Source of the DNA: a virus
Direction: 5' to 3' (one strand)
Length of the DNA: 64,000 nt
IMG/VR virus record: IMGVR_UViG_3300045539_000120
Coordinates: 1 to 64,000 of that record
Shown: positions 1 through 8,330 of the stretch, in pieces
Numbering within the stretch: the first letter of the stretch is position 1
How the letters are laid out: every line of letters begins with the position of its first letter
The notes under the pieces: generated by a model
The model's input: only the letters and a program-made list of their open reading frames with translations
Told to the model about the DNA's origin: nothing
Database searches by the model: none
Translations under genes and position numbers: made by a program

Positions 1-110
1 ACCCTAACAAACTTGCTTTAATTGCGTTTTTTCCAGGATTTAACTTGGAAGCTTCATTTAAAGTAATTGTACTCATAATATAATTTTTTTTATTTAATTT
101 ATATATATCT

Positions 111-302
111 TTAATTTTCAATCCAAATATGCATATCAATCTCAAGTATATTTGATTTGCCAGGGATATATTCCGGATTGTTAATGGTTTTCCATTTCAT
201 TCCACATCTTTTACATGTGCATTTTGTTGGCATCCATCCAAAATTATAGGAATATTTATGTCCTCTAATCTTGCAAATAATTTTGGCTATCGTGTTTTTC
301 AT
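111..302 (-). CDS. small Cys-rich (zinc-ribbon-like) hypothetical protein
   Basis: ORF track; CxxC...CxxC spacing (CKIRGH...CTCKRCG); no recognisable family. Confidence 0.3.
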   Translation of the reverse strand: MKNTIAKIICKIRGHKYSYNFGWMPTKCTCKRCGMKWKTINNPEYIPGKSNILEIDMHIWIEN

Positions 303-699
303 CTAATTCCTTTATTTTACCAACAACCTCTGCTATTTTTGCATTAAATAGTTCTGTCTTCTTTCTATACTCTTCGCGAATCCATTCCTCTTTGCCATTT
401 TCAAACATTGTCTTATTAACCAGTTTGCATATTTTGTTGTAAATTTCATTTTGCACAATTACAGGACCTTTATGGTCTGGCGTATAAAAAATACCTTTAA
501 TATCAAAATCTTCAAACGTTAAAAATAACTCAACAGATCTTGAATAAATTGCATAAACTTTCGCTTGGACAGCAACTTGGACAAATGGTCCAAGTTTCTT
601 AATTGATGCTCTACTTCCATCTGCCAATTTAGGTTGGTCAAGTCTAATATGATATACATCATGTAAATAATTCTCTACTATAAATTCTGGATAGGTCAT
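265..699 (-). CDS. hypothetical protein
   Basis: 144-aa ORF in the co-oriented minus-strand gene series. Confidence 0.35.
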   Translation of the reverse strand: MTYPEFIVENYLHDVYHIRLDQPKLADGSRASIKKLGPFVQVAVQAKVYAIYSRSVELFLTFEDFDIKGIFYTPDHKGPVIVQNEIYNKICKLVNKTMFENGKEEWIREEYRKKTELFNAKIAEVVGKIKELDEKHDSQNYLQD

Positions 700-700
700 A

Positions 701-907
701 TTATTTTAGATATTTTCGTTTGAATTTGGTTTCACTCCTATTTAAAACAATAATGTATTTTTGACCTGATTTGGTTTTATACACTTGAAATCTTTCAGCA
801 TTTTCAAAATGCCATTCATTGGTATAACTATGGTCTTTAATTCTTTCCTCCACTCCTCCACATGAAATTATGGTAAAAGTAAATAAGAGTGCTATTAAGT
901 ATTTCAT
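701..907 (-). CDS. putative small lipoprotein (start moved to internal Met, MKYLIALLFTFTIISCGG)
   Basis: signal-peptide-like hydrophobic N-terminus ending in SCGG lipobox; internal start removes overlap with upstream gene ending at 909. Confidence 0.35.
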   Translation of the reverse strand: MKYLIALLFTFTIISCGGVEERIKDHSYTNEWHFENAERFQVYKTKSGQKYIIVLNRSETKFKRKYLK

Positions 908-908
908 A

Positions 909-1463
909 TTATTCTTGATTAAGGTCTTCAATATTTTTAAGTTGTTGCTCCAATTCACTCACATGCCACTCGTAATCAAATAATTCATCAATAGATAATT
1001 TCCCAGCCTTATGTGATTTGTATGCCCTAGATAATTCCTTGCGTGCGCGCTGCAGCATCTTATTGATGTGCGTTGCAGATTCATGAACAGATTCAATTTT
1101 TTGTACATTCACCTCTTTTTTGGTTTTAGTACAAATATTAAATTCAAATTTATTAAAAAAATTCAAAAACCCTTTAAATGTGATTCTATCGTTATCCATT
1201 CCTATATGTATTAATTCTATAAGATTTATATTAGGATCTATGATTTGTTTCACTAACCACCCCTTATATTCATTTATATTTGCACCATGCAGTTCATATG
1301 TTTTGGATTCAATCCATCCTAAAACTATAATTCTATAACATGCATCTTCAAAAAAGTTTGATTTTGCAAATGAGAAACAAGTTAGAACCTGCTCATATGT
1401 TTCACAACTATTAATAATAGATTTAATCTTGTCTAATTTTTCTTGGATTTTCATCTGTTTCAT
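909..1463 (-). CDS. hypothetical protein
   Basis: 184-aa ORF, tightly packed with neighbours. Confidence 0.4.
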   Translation of the reverse strand: MKQMKIQEKLDKIKSIINSCETYEQVLTCFSFAKSNFFEDACYRIIVLGWIESKTYELHGANINEYKGWLVKQIIDPNINLIELIHIGMDNDRITFKGFLNFFNKFEFNICTKTKKEVNVQKIESVHESATHINKMLQRARKELSRAYKSHKAGKLSIDELFDYEWHVSELEQQLKNIEDLNQE

Positions 1464-1467
1464 TTTT

Positions 1468-1641
1468 TTAATTATCTAAAATATCTAACATTTCATCGAT
1501 GTGATTTACACAATCTTCAATACTCCTACCACAACCATATGCCTCATCACAATCCTCTGTGTTAGAGAAAATAAACTTAGATTCAGGATGTGCAGGATTA
1601 TAACAATCATTCGCCTCAATTTTGTAATTTTTGTAAGTCAT
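1468..1641 (-). CDS. small hypothetical protein (57 aa, below ORF-track cutoff)
   Basis: ATG at 1641 lies 8 nt downstream of the conserved intergenic element copy at 1645-1722; ORF runs to TAA at 1468. Confidence 0.3.
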   Translation of the reverse strand: MTYKNYKIEANDCYNPAHPESKFIFSNTEDCDEAYGCGRSIEDCVNHIDEMLDILDN

Positions 1642-1644
1642 AGT

Positions 1645-1722
1645 GTATCTGTTTTAATTATAATGTAAATATAACTATAATATTTGATATAAAAAAATCC
1701 TAGTCAAAAAGTTATTAACAAT
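1645..1722 (-). promoter_or_regulatory. conserved intergenic element copy (candidate phage promoter/leader)
   Basis: ctgttttaattataatgtaaatataactataatatttga...aaagttattaacaat; immediately 5' of a minus-strand ATG. Confidence 0.5.
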
Positions 1723-2025
1723 TTAACTAGGATTCCATTCTTTTTTATAAATTAGTTCCCAATGCGCTCGATATTCTCGAACATTCATCATTTTAATTGT
1801 GTAATTTGAGTACATACCATCTTCATAAATACTGACAAATATTGCCATTGATGATGGTGTAACATGGTGTAATTTTGCCCATTTAAAAAGTGCTTTAATA
1901 TTACCCTTCTGTCTCATCTTTTTGGCAAAAGTCTTAAAGTCACAATCCCATCTAGTAGGATAGTAGCTCAGAATACCCGGGATACCAAATCCTATATAAC
2001 CAATATTAAATACAATTTGACTCAT
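1723..2025 (-). CDS. hypothetical protein
   Basis: 100-aa ORF; its stop lies beside the element copy. Confidence 0.4.
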   Translation of the reverse strand: MSQIVFNIGYIGFGIPGILSYYPTRWDCDFKTFAKKMRQKGNIKALFKWAKLHHVTPSSMAIFVSIYEDGMYSNYTIKMMNVREYRAHWELIYKKEWNPS

Positions 2026-3149
2026 TAGTGAGAATCTCCAATGTTATTTTTCTCACCAAATATTAAGTACTCTGGGTTTATAACCTTTGCAACCTTATTT
2101 CTTGCACCAGTAATATGTTTAATTACAATTCCTTCATGTGGTACCTTAGTGCCTTCAATAAAGTTATTGAATGTAAATTTATCTTGTACCTCTTGATTCC
2201 ATAATCCATTATATAATATTTCAACATGTGGAAGTTCTAGAACATCTTCTATGATGTATTCGGTCATCTCAGGGTCAACATAAGTTCCATTGATTGTTAA
2301 ATCAAATGCCGCAAATTCAATTGTATCTAAACCATATTCATAGTTCTTTTGAATTCCTGCACCATAAATTTCACCATACAGAACAAAACCAGAACCAATT
2401 TCCTCAACACTTCTACCTTTCACAGCAGTCCAAAGTTTTTCTTTGATACCAAGAGTTTCGTTAATAGTTCTCCAAACATCAGTTGAATAGAACCCTTGTG
2501 TGTCAGATCCTTTTTCACAGTTATGAGATCCGTAAATATATTCATAATCAATCCACTCATTGGCAATTCCTAAGAATTTTCTTGCCCGATCCCAGAATGA
2601 CAATTTAGATTTCTTTACAATACCATAACGTGCATTTGTACCATGTAATTTTCTGGAGATTTGAACTCCATCTTCTTCAGTAAATAAACCTGCAACATTT
2701 TTCAAGTTTGGAAACTTGTAGTACACATGAAAGTTTTGATTATCTCTCCATTTGATTTTTCTACCAGAAGCCAATTGAATTTGTTTTACGGGTGGTTCGA
2801 ATTTAGTGATACCTAACTCTTCCATTAAGTCTCTACCTTCTCTGATACTTGAAGCTTTGATATGTATTACTGGAATGATTAAACATTCAGAATAAACACC
2901 ACGCAACTTTACAGTACGTACCCTGCTTCCTTTTCTCAAGTATGAAGTAACACCCATCTTTTCAGAAAGTGCCTCTGGGATAACTGCATCTGTTGTTGCA
3001 ATTACAGTTAAGGACCCTTCTTTAAATTCACCTTTCTTTGTGATGGCATTCCATCCTCCAGCAACGACCAATTCAATGTTATCTGCTCCTTCGATTGCTC
3101 TTACTTCGTTTATTTTTGCTACATAGCAAACTGAATTTTGATTTTCCAT
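2025..3149 (-). CDS. ATP-dependent RNA ligase (Rnl-type nucleotidyltransferase)
   Basis: covalent nucleotidyltransferase motif I KLHGTN (K-x-H/D-G) and an N-terminal domain typical of phage/bacterial RNA ligases; sits beside a tRNA array and a PNK-like kinase. Confidence 0.6.
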   Translation of the reverse strand: MENQNSVCYVAKINEVRAIEGADNIELVVAGGWNAITKKGEFKEGSLTVIATTDAVIPEALSEKMGVTSYLRKGSRVRTVKLRGVYSECLIIPVIHIKASSIREGRDLMEELGITKFEPPVKQIQLASGRKIKWRDNQNFHVYYKFPNLKNVAGLFTEEDGVQISRKLHGTNARYGIVKKSKLSFWDRARKFLGIANEWIDYEYIYGSHNCEKGSDTQGFYSTDVWRTINETLGIKEKLWTAVKGRSVEEIGSGFVLYGEIYGAGIQKNYEYGLDTIEFAAFDLTINGTYVDPEMTEYIIEDVLELPHVEILYNGLWNQEVQDKFTFNNFIEGTKVPHEGIVIKHITGARNKVAKVINPEYLIFGEKNNIGDSH

Positions 3150-3166
3150 TTCTATATTTTTTTAAT

Positions 3167-3307
3167 TTATCTGTCTGCTAATCTTTTAAATACTGCTGCA
3201 ACTTCTGGCTCTTCTAATTTCTTTTTCAAAGATTGCCATTTTTCCTCCAAGAATTGGTTGTACTCTTGTTCAGTTTTAAATCCCATCTTTTTCCAATCCA
3301 TTTTCAT
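3167..3307 (-). CDS. small hypothetical protein (46 aa)
   Basis: ATG directly downstream of the element copy at 3310-3400; below ORF-track cutoff. Confidence 0.3.
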   Translation of the reverse strand: MKMDWKKMGFKTEQEYNQFLEEKWQSLKKKLEEPEVAAVFKRLADR

Positions 3308-3309
3308 AA

Positions 3310-3400
3310 TATTGTTTGTTTTAATTATAATGTAAATATAACTATAATATTTGAACTATGAAAACTTTTTTGAATTTATTTCCAAAAAGTTATTAACAAT
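3310..3400 (-). promoter_or_regulatory. conserved intergenic element copy (candidate phage promoter/leader)
   Basis: attgtttgttttaattataatgtaaatataactataatatttgaactatgaaaactttttt...aaaagttattaacaat. Confidence 0.5.
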
Positions 3401-3403
3401 TTG

Positions 3404-3890
3404 TAGTCAGGACAGGAATCGAACCTGCAACGCAAAACTTAATTCGTCTTAGCCTACTTTCACCTGACTTCCGTTCTAATGGAGGCATCGCACCTCAAAG
3501 ACTGTTCATAAACTAGTTTAATTAGCGTAGTCAGGACAGGATTCGAACCTATATGAGTTTCTTTCACCTCCACTCCATATAGAGTTGCGTCTCTCCAATT
3601 CCGCCACCTGACCTTTTGCAATTATGGTTGATTAGACCTCATGAAGTTTATTGCCCTCCAAGCCCAGTTTCCGTAACGGCGCAACTGAATTTCAAAACCC
3701 GCTCTTGCCTCACGCCCAAGAGTATGTCGGTACGTTTTACAGATACGCACATCATCTGAGTAATCAACTCATTGTAGTTAGGGTAGGATTCGAACCTACG
3801 ACATTTGCAACCAAAGGGATGTGATAGACCGCTTTCACATTACGCAATACCTAACTTCCATAAACCTAGCCTGACCTTCCAGACAGTACA
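3404..3890 (-). tRNA. array of at least 4 tRNA-like genes; several are non-canonical (e.g. a ~66-nt element at 3404-3470 with a perfect 7-bp acceptor stem and T-arm but a shortened D/anticodon region)
   Basis: repeated minus-strand T-loop signatures (RC of ggaatcgaacc / ggattcgaacc) with complementary acceptor strands (AGTCAGG/CCTGACT; GGTCAGG/CCTGACT; AGTTAGG/CCTAACT); anticodon arms could not be folded canonically by hand. Confidence 0.4.
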
Positions 3891-3934
3891 TGTCAAAATT
3901 AATTTGGCGCCTTGTTATGTAGTAGGTTCTTATT

Positions 3935-4534
3935 TTATATCATTACATCAATAAATTGTTTCTTCCAATCTAACCAAGGTTCCTTTGTCACCTTGAAATG
4001 GGTTAAATATTTCCAATGCATAAATAGTTTACGTTCATTCCAATCTTCATATTTCTTAATCAGATCACTTTGTTTATCTAGTTCAGTTTTATAAGTATCT
4101 GCCTTTTCAGAAAGTTTAGTAAAAACATCATCTATTTTTGCCAATCGGTTTACTGCCTTTTCAGTTGGTAAACCTTGTACCGATAACGAAACTATCAATT
4201 CTTTAAGATTAACTATTTTACTAATCATAGAATTTAATGTTGGAACACATGCATTATATGAAGTCTTTGCAGATTCTAAATGTCTTTTAAAACCATCAAA
4301 GTTCTCTTGTAATTCTCTGTCCTCTAAATCCTCTTTAAATAAAGATTCGGGATCGATTCCAAAGTATTTGTCAAAATCGTCTCCACCTGGAAGTGGCGCT
4401 TTAACTGCCAAACCTGCAATGTCCATATCTTTAACTTCATTAAGAACCGCAACATAACAATTACCTCGTTGAGTTTCTAAAAGTTCTTTAACCTGTTTTT
4501 CGTTATATAGTTTCATATTATAATTTAATTTCAA
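3935..4534 (-). CDS. hypothetical protein
   Basis: 199-aa ORF. Confidence 0.45.
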   Translation of the reverse strand: MKLNYNMKLYNEKQVKELLETQRGNCYVAVLNEVKDMDIAGLAVKAPLPGGDDFDKYFGIDPESLFKEDLEDRELQENFDGFKRHLESAKTSYNACVPTLNSMISKIVNLKELIVSLSVQGLPTEKAVNRLAKIDDVFTKLSEKADTYKTELDKQSDLIKKYEDWNERKLFMHWKYLTHFKVTKEPWLDWKKQFIDVMI

Positions 4535-4913
4535 AACGTTCTTTCATCTTTACTAATGTTTCTTTTGGAACATTGTGTGAATTTATTCCTCCATGCCTGT
4601 TTTCTACAACTATAGAATGTACTCTATATCCATATTTTTTGGCTAAATCATAGTAGGCCTGCATTTCCCATTCTTGCGTAAATGTGTTTGATACTACTAC
4701 ACTATGCTCATATTTCATAAGAAACTCTACCTCTTCTTGACACCAATCATGGGCTTCTTTAATCAGAGAAAAGTCAAATTTGTAATTTCCATCTCCGTCT
4801 ATAAAATACATATCGGCCTCTTTGTGACAATAATCTTTATCACCAACTAACATTTTTGCCAATGTAGATTTTCCAGCTCCTGGTAATCCTCTTAATAAAA
4901 ATAGTTCTTTCAT
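4518..4913 (-). CDS. P-loop kinase, polynucleotide-kinase-like (AAA_33-type)
   Basis: Walker A GLPGAGKSTLAK at the N-terminus; small size and adjacency to RNA ligase and tRNAs. Confidence 0.5.
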   Translation of the reverse strand: MKELFLLRGLPGAGKSTLAKMLVGDKDYCHKEADMYFIDGDGNYKFDFSLIKEAHDWCQEEVEFLMKYEHSVVVSNTFTQEWEMQAYYDLAKKYGYRVHSIVVENRHGGINSHNVPKETLVKMKERFEIKL

Positions 4914-4914
4914 T

Positions 4915-5160
4915 TTAGTATCTTTTATAATTTATAATGATGGACCATTTAGGCCAGTTTTGATTGGTTTGATTTTCAAGTGTTTTACTACTTACAAATT
5001 CATATCCATTTTCTTTGTTAATAACCGATTGCCAATCATAATTAGGGTCATCTACAGAGAATAAAACTCTAACGTTTTCTTTATTCATAATATTGTTGTT
5101 TCTGTGATTCGTAATATTCCTCTTCAGTGATCGGTCTTTTATCATATATTGCACTAGCAA
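4915..5160 (-). CDS. hypothetical protein
   Basis: 81-aa ORF. Confidence 0.35.
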   Translation of the reverse strand: MLVQYMIKDRSLKRNITNHRNNNIMNKENVRVLFSVDDPNYDWQSVINKENGYEFVSSKTLENQTNQNWPKWSIIINYKRY

Positions 5161-5229
5161 CTAAAAATCCCATAGTGAACGCAGTTATTGCAACTACTAT
5201 AATAATCCACTTAGTATCATCGCTTTCCA

Positions 5230-5616
5230 TTAGTTGATTTGAGCAAATACAGATTCATTAACAAATTGACTATCTTCATTTAAGATGTCTAATTCGTTTT
5301 CAGTCATTTCACGATCTCCGTAATCTGCAGATTCAATGTATGCATCACAAAAATCTCCATAATCTTCCATGTCAATTCCTCCAACCATTACGTTACTAAT
5401 CTTAGAATAATCTAATTTTATATCTTCAGTTACCATTCTATTTAATTCATTTAGGTCAGAAAGAGAACATTGAAATCTTGTTCCTTGGTTTGAATAAACC
5501 GTTTCTACCACAGCGGAAGTTGAATTTTCTTGCAATATATTAACGACAGTGTTTGCGCTAATAATTATACCATCGATCTTAAGATTTTGTCCTTTGTAAA
5601 CTTTGTAATTTTTCAT
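5230..5616 (-). CDS. hypothetical protein
   Basis: 128-aa ORF preceded by an element copy. Confidence 0.4.
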   Translation of the reverse strand: MKNYKVYKGQNLKIDGIIISANTVVNILQENSTSAVVETVYSNQGTRFQCSLSDLNELNRMVTEDIKLDYSKISNVMVGGIDMEDYGDFCDAYIESADYGDREMTENELDILNEDSQFVNESVFAQIN

Positions 5617-5618
5617 AT

Positions 5619-5708
5619 TTGTAGTGTTTTAATTATAATGTAAATATAACTATAATATTTGAACCATGAAAACTTTTTTACACTTATTTTTCAAAAGTTA
5701 TTAACAAT
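5619..5708 (-). promoter_or_regulatory. conserved intergenic element copy
   Basis: gtgttttaattataatgtaaatataactataatatttgaaccatgaaaactttttt...caaaagttattaacaat; the TAA inside ATTGTTAATAAC serves as stop codon of the upstream gene 5701-6309. Confidence 0.5.
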
Positions 5709-6309
5709 CTTCTAAACTATCTGGATAATATAAAAGAGTTGGATTTTTTCTTTGGATATCAATTTCAGGATATTTCTCACTAAACGCTTTAACATCAAAT
5801 CGAGATGTGATTAAATGATTTCCATTTTTAGTTCTGATGTTAGCAATGATTTTAGCGCCAAACGGTCTACATTTAGTATTAATAAATAATTGAACTTCTC
5901 TATCGAATTGTTCATCTTTAGTATCAATATCTACAATCCATCTTTTCTCTTGTGTTTTGATTTGACCAACTACAGAATCAAATAAACCCTTTTGATTTGT
6001 GTTACCATCCTGGATTCTTTGTGCGAGTGCAACCATCATATTAAGTGACACATCAAAGTGATTTTGTTTTTGAACATGAATATATGCGCGAGCCTTAAAC
6101 ATCTCACACAGGTCCTGTATTTCACTCCACCTGCGTTCTAGATGTTCAATACTCTCAATACAATAAGTCTTAATAGTTCTTACTGATTGGTGATTATCTC
6201 TCTCCTCGACTGGCTGATCTTTCTTGCGTTTAAACACATAAAGCATATAAAAGTCTCCTTTGTTTTCAAAGTTTAGGAGAGGTTTGATTATTTCTAGGTT
6301 GTTTATCAT
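5701..6309 (-). CDS. hypothetical protein
   Basis: 202-aa ORF. Confidence 0.45.
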   Translation of the reverse strand: MINNLEIIKPLLNFENKGDFYMLYVFKRKKDQPVEERDNHQSVRTIKTYCIESIEHLERRWSEIQDLCEMFKARAYIHVQKQNHFDVSLNMMVALAQRIQDGNTNQKGLFDSVVGQIKTQEKRWIVDIDTKDEQFDREVQLFINTKCRPFGAKIIANIRTKNGNHLITSRFDVKAFSEKYPEIDIQRKNPTLLYYPDSLEDC

Positions 6310-6310
6310 T

Positions 6311-6619
6311 TTAATAAGCTATTTTATCCTTTGGAACTTCAATTCCATTTAGTGCATTCAATAAAACTTGAATTCCTTCTTCAGTGTTTGGTCTAATAGT
6401 TCCGGCACATTTCATAGAGAATTGTTCATCACTAATATCAGTTCTACCCGTTGAAGTAGCAGATACAGATTTCATAAACCATGGGTTTCGACTAGGTCTC
6501 ATTGTTAAAATGGCGTACCATTTGTTATTACTACATTGTACAAGGGTACCTTCAACACTTGTGGTTGATTTTAAAGGTTTACTTTTAATTACTGTAATCT
6601 CTACTTTTTCAGTTGACAT
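6311..6619 (-). CDS. hypothetical protein
   Basis: 102-aa ORF. Confidence 0.4.
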   Translation of the reverse strand: MSTEKVEITVIKSKPLKSTTSVEGTLVQCSNNKWYAILTMRPSRNPWFMKSVSATSTGRTDISDEQFSMKCAGTIRPNTEEGIQVLLNALNGIEVPKDKIAY

Positions 6620-6701
6620 ATATTGTTTGTTTTAATTATAATGTAAATATAACTATTATATTTGACATAGTAAACATTTATTTAATAAAGTTATTAACAA
6701 T
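6620..6701 (-). promoter_or_regulatory. conserved intergenic element copy
   Basis: tattgtttgttttaattataatgtaaatataactattatatttgacatagtaaacatttatttaataaagttattaacaat. Confidence 0.5.
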
Positions 6702-7247
6702 TTCATCGTAGACGTTTGATTGTTTAATACCTTCACTGCTTCTTGGTGTTAGGACGAAGTTTTCTAGTCCATAACCTCCATTTGCTTGAGGACTCATATT
6801 TAAGTCATCAACCGCAACCCATTCTTTTACGTTTGGATTTAATTCTAAATATTGAAGAATTTCAAGGATTCTTTTGCGTTCTAACCATCCTTTCCACATA
6901 AACAGATCATTTGCCATAGGATCGAATTCATGTAGGTTTGGTGTAATTGCAATAGGTCTTTTTGAGATACCTTGCGCCTCGTAATAATCTCCAAGTTCCT
7001 CTAAGGTTGCATGCAATTTCCAATCAGAACTTACAACTATTTCAGCACCTGTAACTTCAAGTACTTTATTTAATATCTTAATTGCTTTTTTATCAAAATC
7101 ATCAAAACGTATTTCAACAGGTGCATCCTTTAAATTTGGACTGGATTCCGGATTTTGGGATCTATATTTAGACCATTTCTTATTTCTACCTCCCCAATTA
7201 TTTAAGAGACAAATCACACCATCGTTATCTAAGAATATTACCTTCAT
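6678..7247 (-). CDS. HAD-superfamily phosphatase-like protein (start moved to internal Met MKVIFLDNDGV)
   Basis: DxDG-type motif FLDNDGV at the proposed N-terminus; the longer ORF-track start at 7364 would overlap the upstream gene by 113 nt. Confidence 0.4.
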   Translation of the reverse strand: MKVIFLDNDGVICLLNNWGGRNKKWSKYRSQNPESSPNLKDAPVEIRFDDFDKKAIKILNKVLEVTGAEIVVSSDWKLHATLEELGDYYEAQGISKRPIAITPNLHEFDPMANDLFMWKGWLERKRILEILQYLELNPNVKEWVAVDDLNMSPQANGGYGLENFVLTPRSSEGIKQSNVYDEIVNNFIK

Positions 7248-7251
7248 CTTC

Positions 7252-7764
7252 TTATTTCTTTTTAAATTTGTAAAAATCTTCCAACAATTTACGTTCAACT
7301 CCTTTACGGTATTTGCAACCAATAAATGTTGATGTAAAATATCCCATACCTTGTGGAATTTCATGTGCTATTTCTAAAATTGCTCCGGATCTATCAGATG
7401 CTCGGTTCTCAGAATTTGTAGCCAAGATGCATACATCTCTCTCATAAATAAATGCCCACCATTCATTTGCACAACTCCATTCCCTTTCAAACATTTCAGA
7501 TAACCATGCATTTCTTTGATGCACGTGGGCTCTCTCTACTGTTAATGCATCTTTTCTATTTGGAATTCTCGCAAAATCCACGGATGCAAATGAATCTAAT
7601 GCTGCCTGTGTAATACCTATAACCCTCCAACTATCTGTGTAAAATGCACCTTGTGATTGTGAAAATCCTCTAATCAAATAGGTTCTATTTACCCCTGGTG
7701 TATTATATGCCACTTGTGTTGCTTTAAAAATATTAAAGTAGCTTTCAATATGTTCTTGTATCAT
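7252..7764 (-). CDS. hypothetical protein
   Basis: 170-aa ORF directly downstream of an element copy. Confidence 0.45.
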   Translation of the reverse strand: MIQEHIESYFNIFKATQVAYNTPGVNRTYLIRGFSQSQGAFYTDSWRVIGITQAALDSFASVDFARIPNRKDALTVERAHVHQRNAWLSEMFEREWSCANEWWAFIYERDVCILATNSENRASDRSGAILEIAHEIPQGMGYFTSTFIGCKYRKGVERKLLEDFYKFKKK

Positions 7765-7850
7765 TGTGTTGTTTTAATTATAATGTAAATATAACTAAAG
7801 TTTATGACCCGTGAAAACTTTTTTACACTTATTTTCAAAAAAGATAAAAA
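7765..7850 (-). promoter_or_regulatory. conserved intergenic element copy (variant lacking the GTTATTAACAAT module)
   Basis: gttgttttaattataatgtaaatataactaaagtttatgacccgtgaaaactttttt. Confidence 0.45.
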
Positions 7851-7891
7851 AGTCTCTCTATCTCATGATAAATATCAATAAACCAAATCCC

Positions 7892-8029
7892 ATGGCAAAA
7901 GCTGCAACACAATCTAATGTACTTGAAAAACCAAAAAAGGTAAGAAAAGGGGTACATGCAAAAACAAAATCTTCAAAAAACAAGGGTTCTCAAAACTACA
8001 AAAAGATTTACAAAGGTCAAGGTAAATAA
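7892..8029 (+). CDS. small lysine-rich basic protein (45 aa), the only plausible plus-strand gene here
   Basis: MAKAATQSNVLEKPKKVRKGVHAKTKSSKNKGSQNYKKIYKGQGK; followed by a GC-rich non-coding region and a terminator readable on the plus strand; start codon choice uncertain. Confidence 0.25.
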   Translation: MAKAATQSNVLEKPKKVRKGVHAKTKSSKNKGSQNYKKIYKGQGK

Positions 8030-8034
8030 TCCCA

Positions 8035-8291
8035 TTTGGGCGACGTGATGCAGGGGCCTTTTAAATATCCCGACAATATGTGCCTATGATATTCTCCCCT
8101 CGGGAAGGTCTCATTGCTTCATTTGGCATCTAATAAATCAAATAGTCGGTTGGGTATTAATCAAAACATCGGAGGGTTACATGTACTTTAAGGGTTCTGT
8201 ACCCTCTGACCCATTCTGGGGAATAGGCAAGGGAATCCGAAGGGGACCCTTAAAAATAAATTTTCCAAAAATTCCCTGAGCACTCTGACAA
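8035..8291. ncRNA. candidate structured ncRNA (GC-rich, ORF-free island)
   Basis: local GC clearly above the ~30% background; nested helices readable, e.g. GAGGGTTACA...TGTACCCTC, ATTC-TGGG-GAAT, AAGGG...CCCTT; bounded by the terminator at 8292-8330; strand unresolved. Confidence 0.35.
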
Positions 8292-8330
8292 ATAAAAAAG
8301 ACCCTAATTGCTTAAGGTCTTTTGAGTTTA
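8292..8330. terminator. bidirectional intrinsic terminator
   Basis: AAAAAAGACC-ctaattgcttaa-GGTCTTTTGAGTTT: 6-bp stem with A-run on one side and T-run on the other; ends minus-strand gene 8347-8562 and any plus-strand transcript. Confidence 0.6.

Noticed and set aside
3310-3400. Reading the repeated element as a Bacteroidota -33 TTG / -7 TAnnTTTG promoter on the plus strand (TTG...TAATATTTG)
   Set aside because: Spacing between the plus-strand TTG and the TTTG is ~30 nt rather than 17-23. The plus strand would drive antisense transcription against every gene. Minus-strand orientation with the ATG 6-10 nt downstream fits all copies.
6678-7364. ORF-track start at 7364 for the HAD-like gene
   Set aside because: It would overlap the upstream gene by 113 nt. 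The internal Met at 7247 (MKVIFLDNDGV) gives a standard 4-nt intergenic spacing and starts at the HAD motif.
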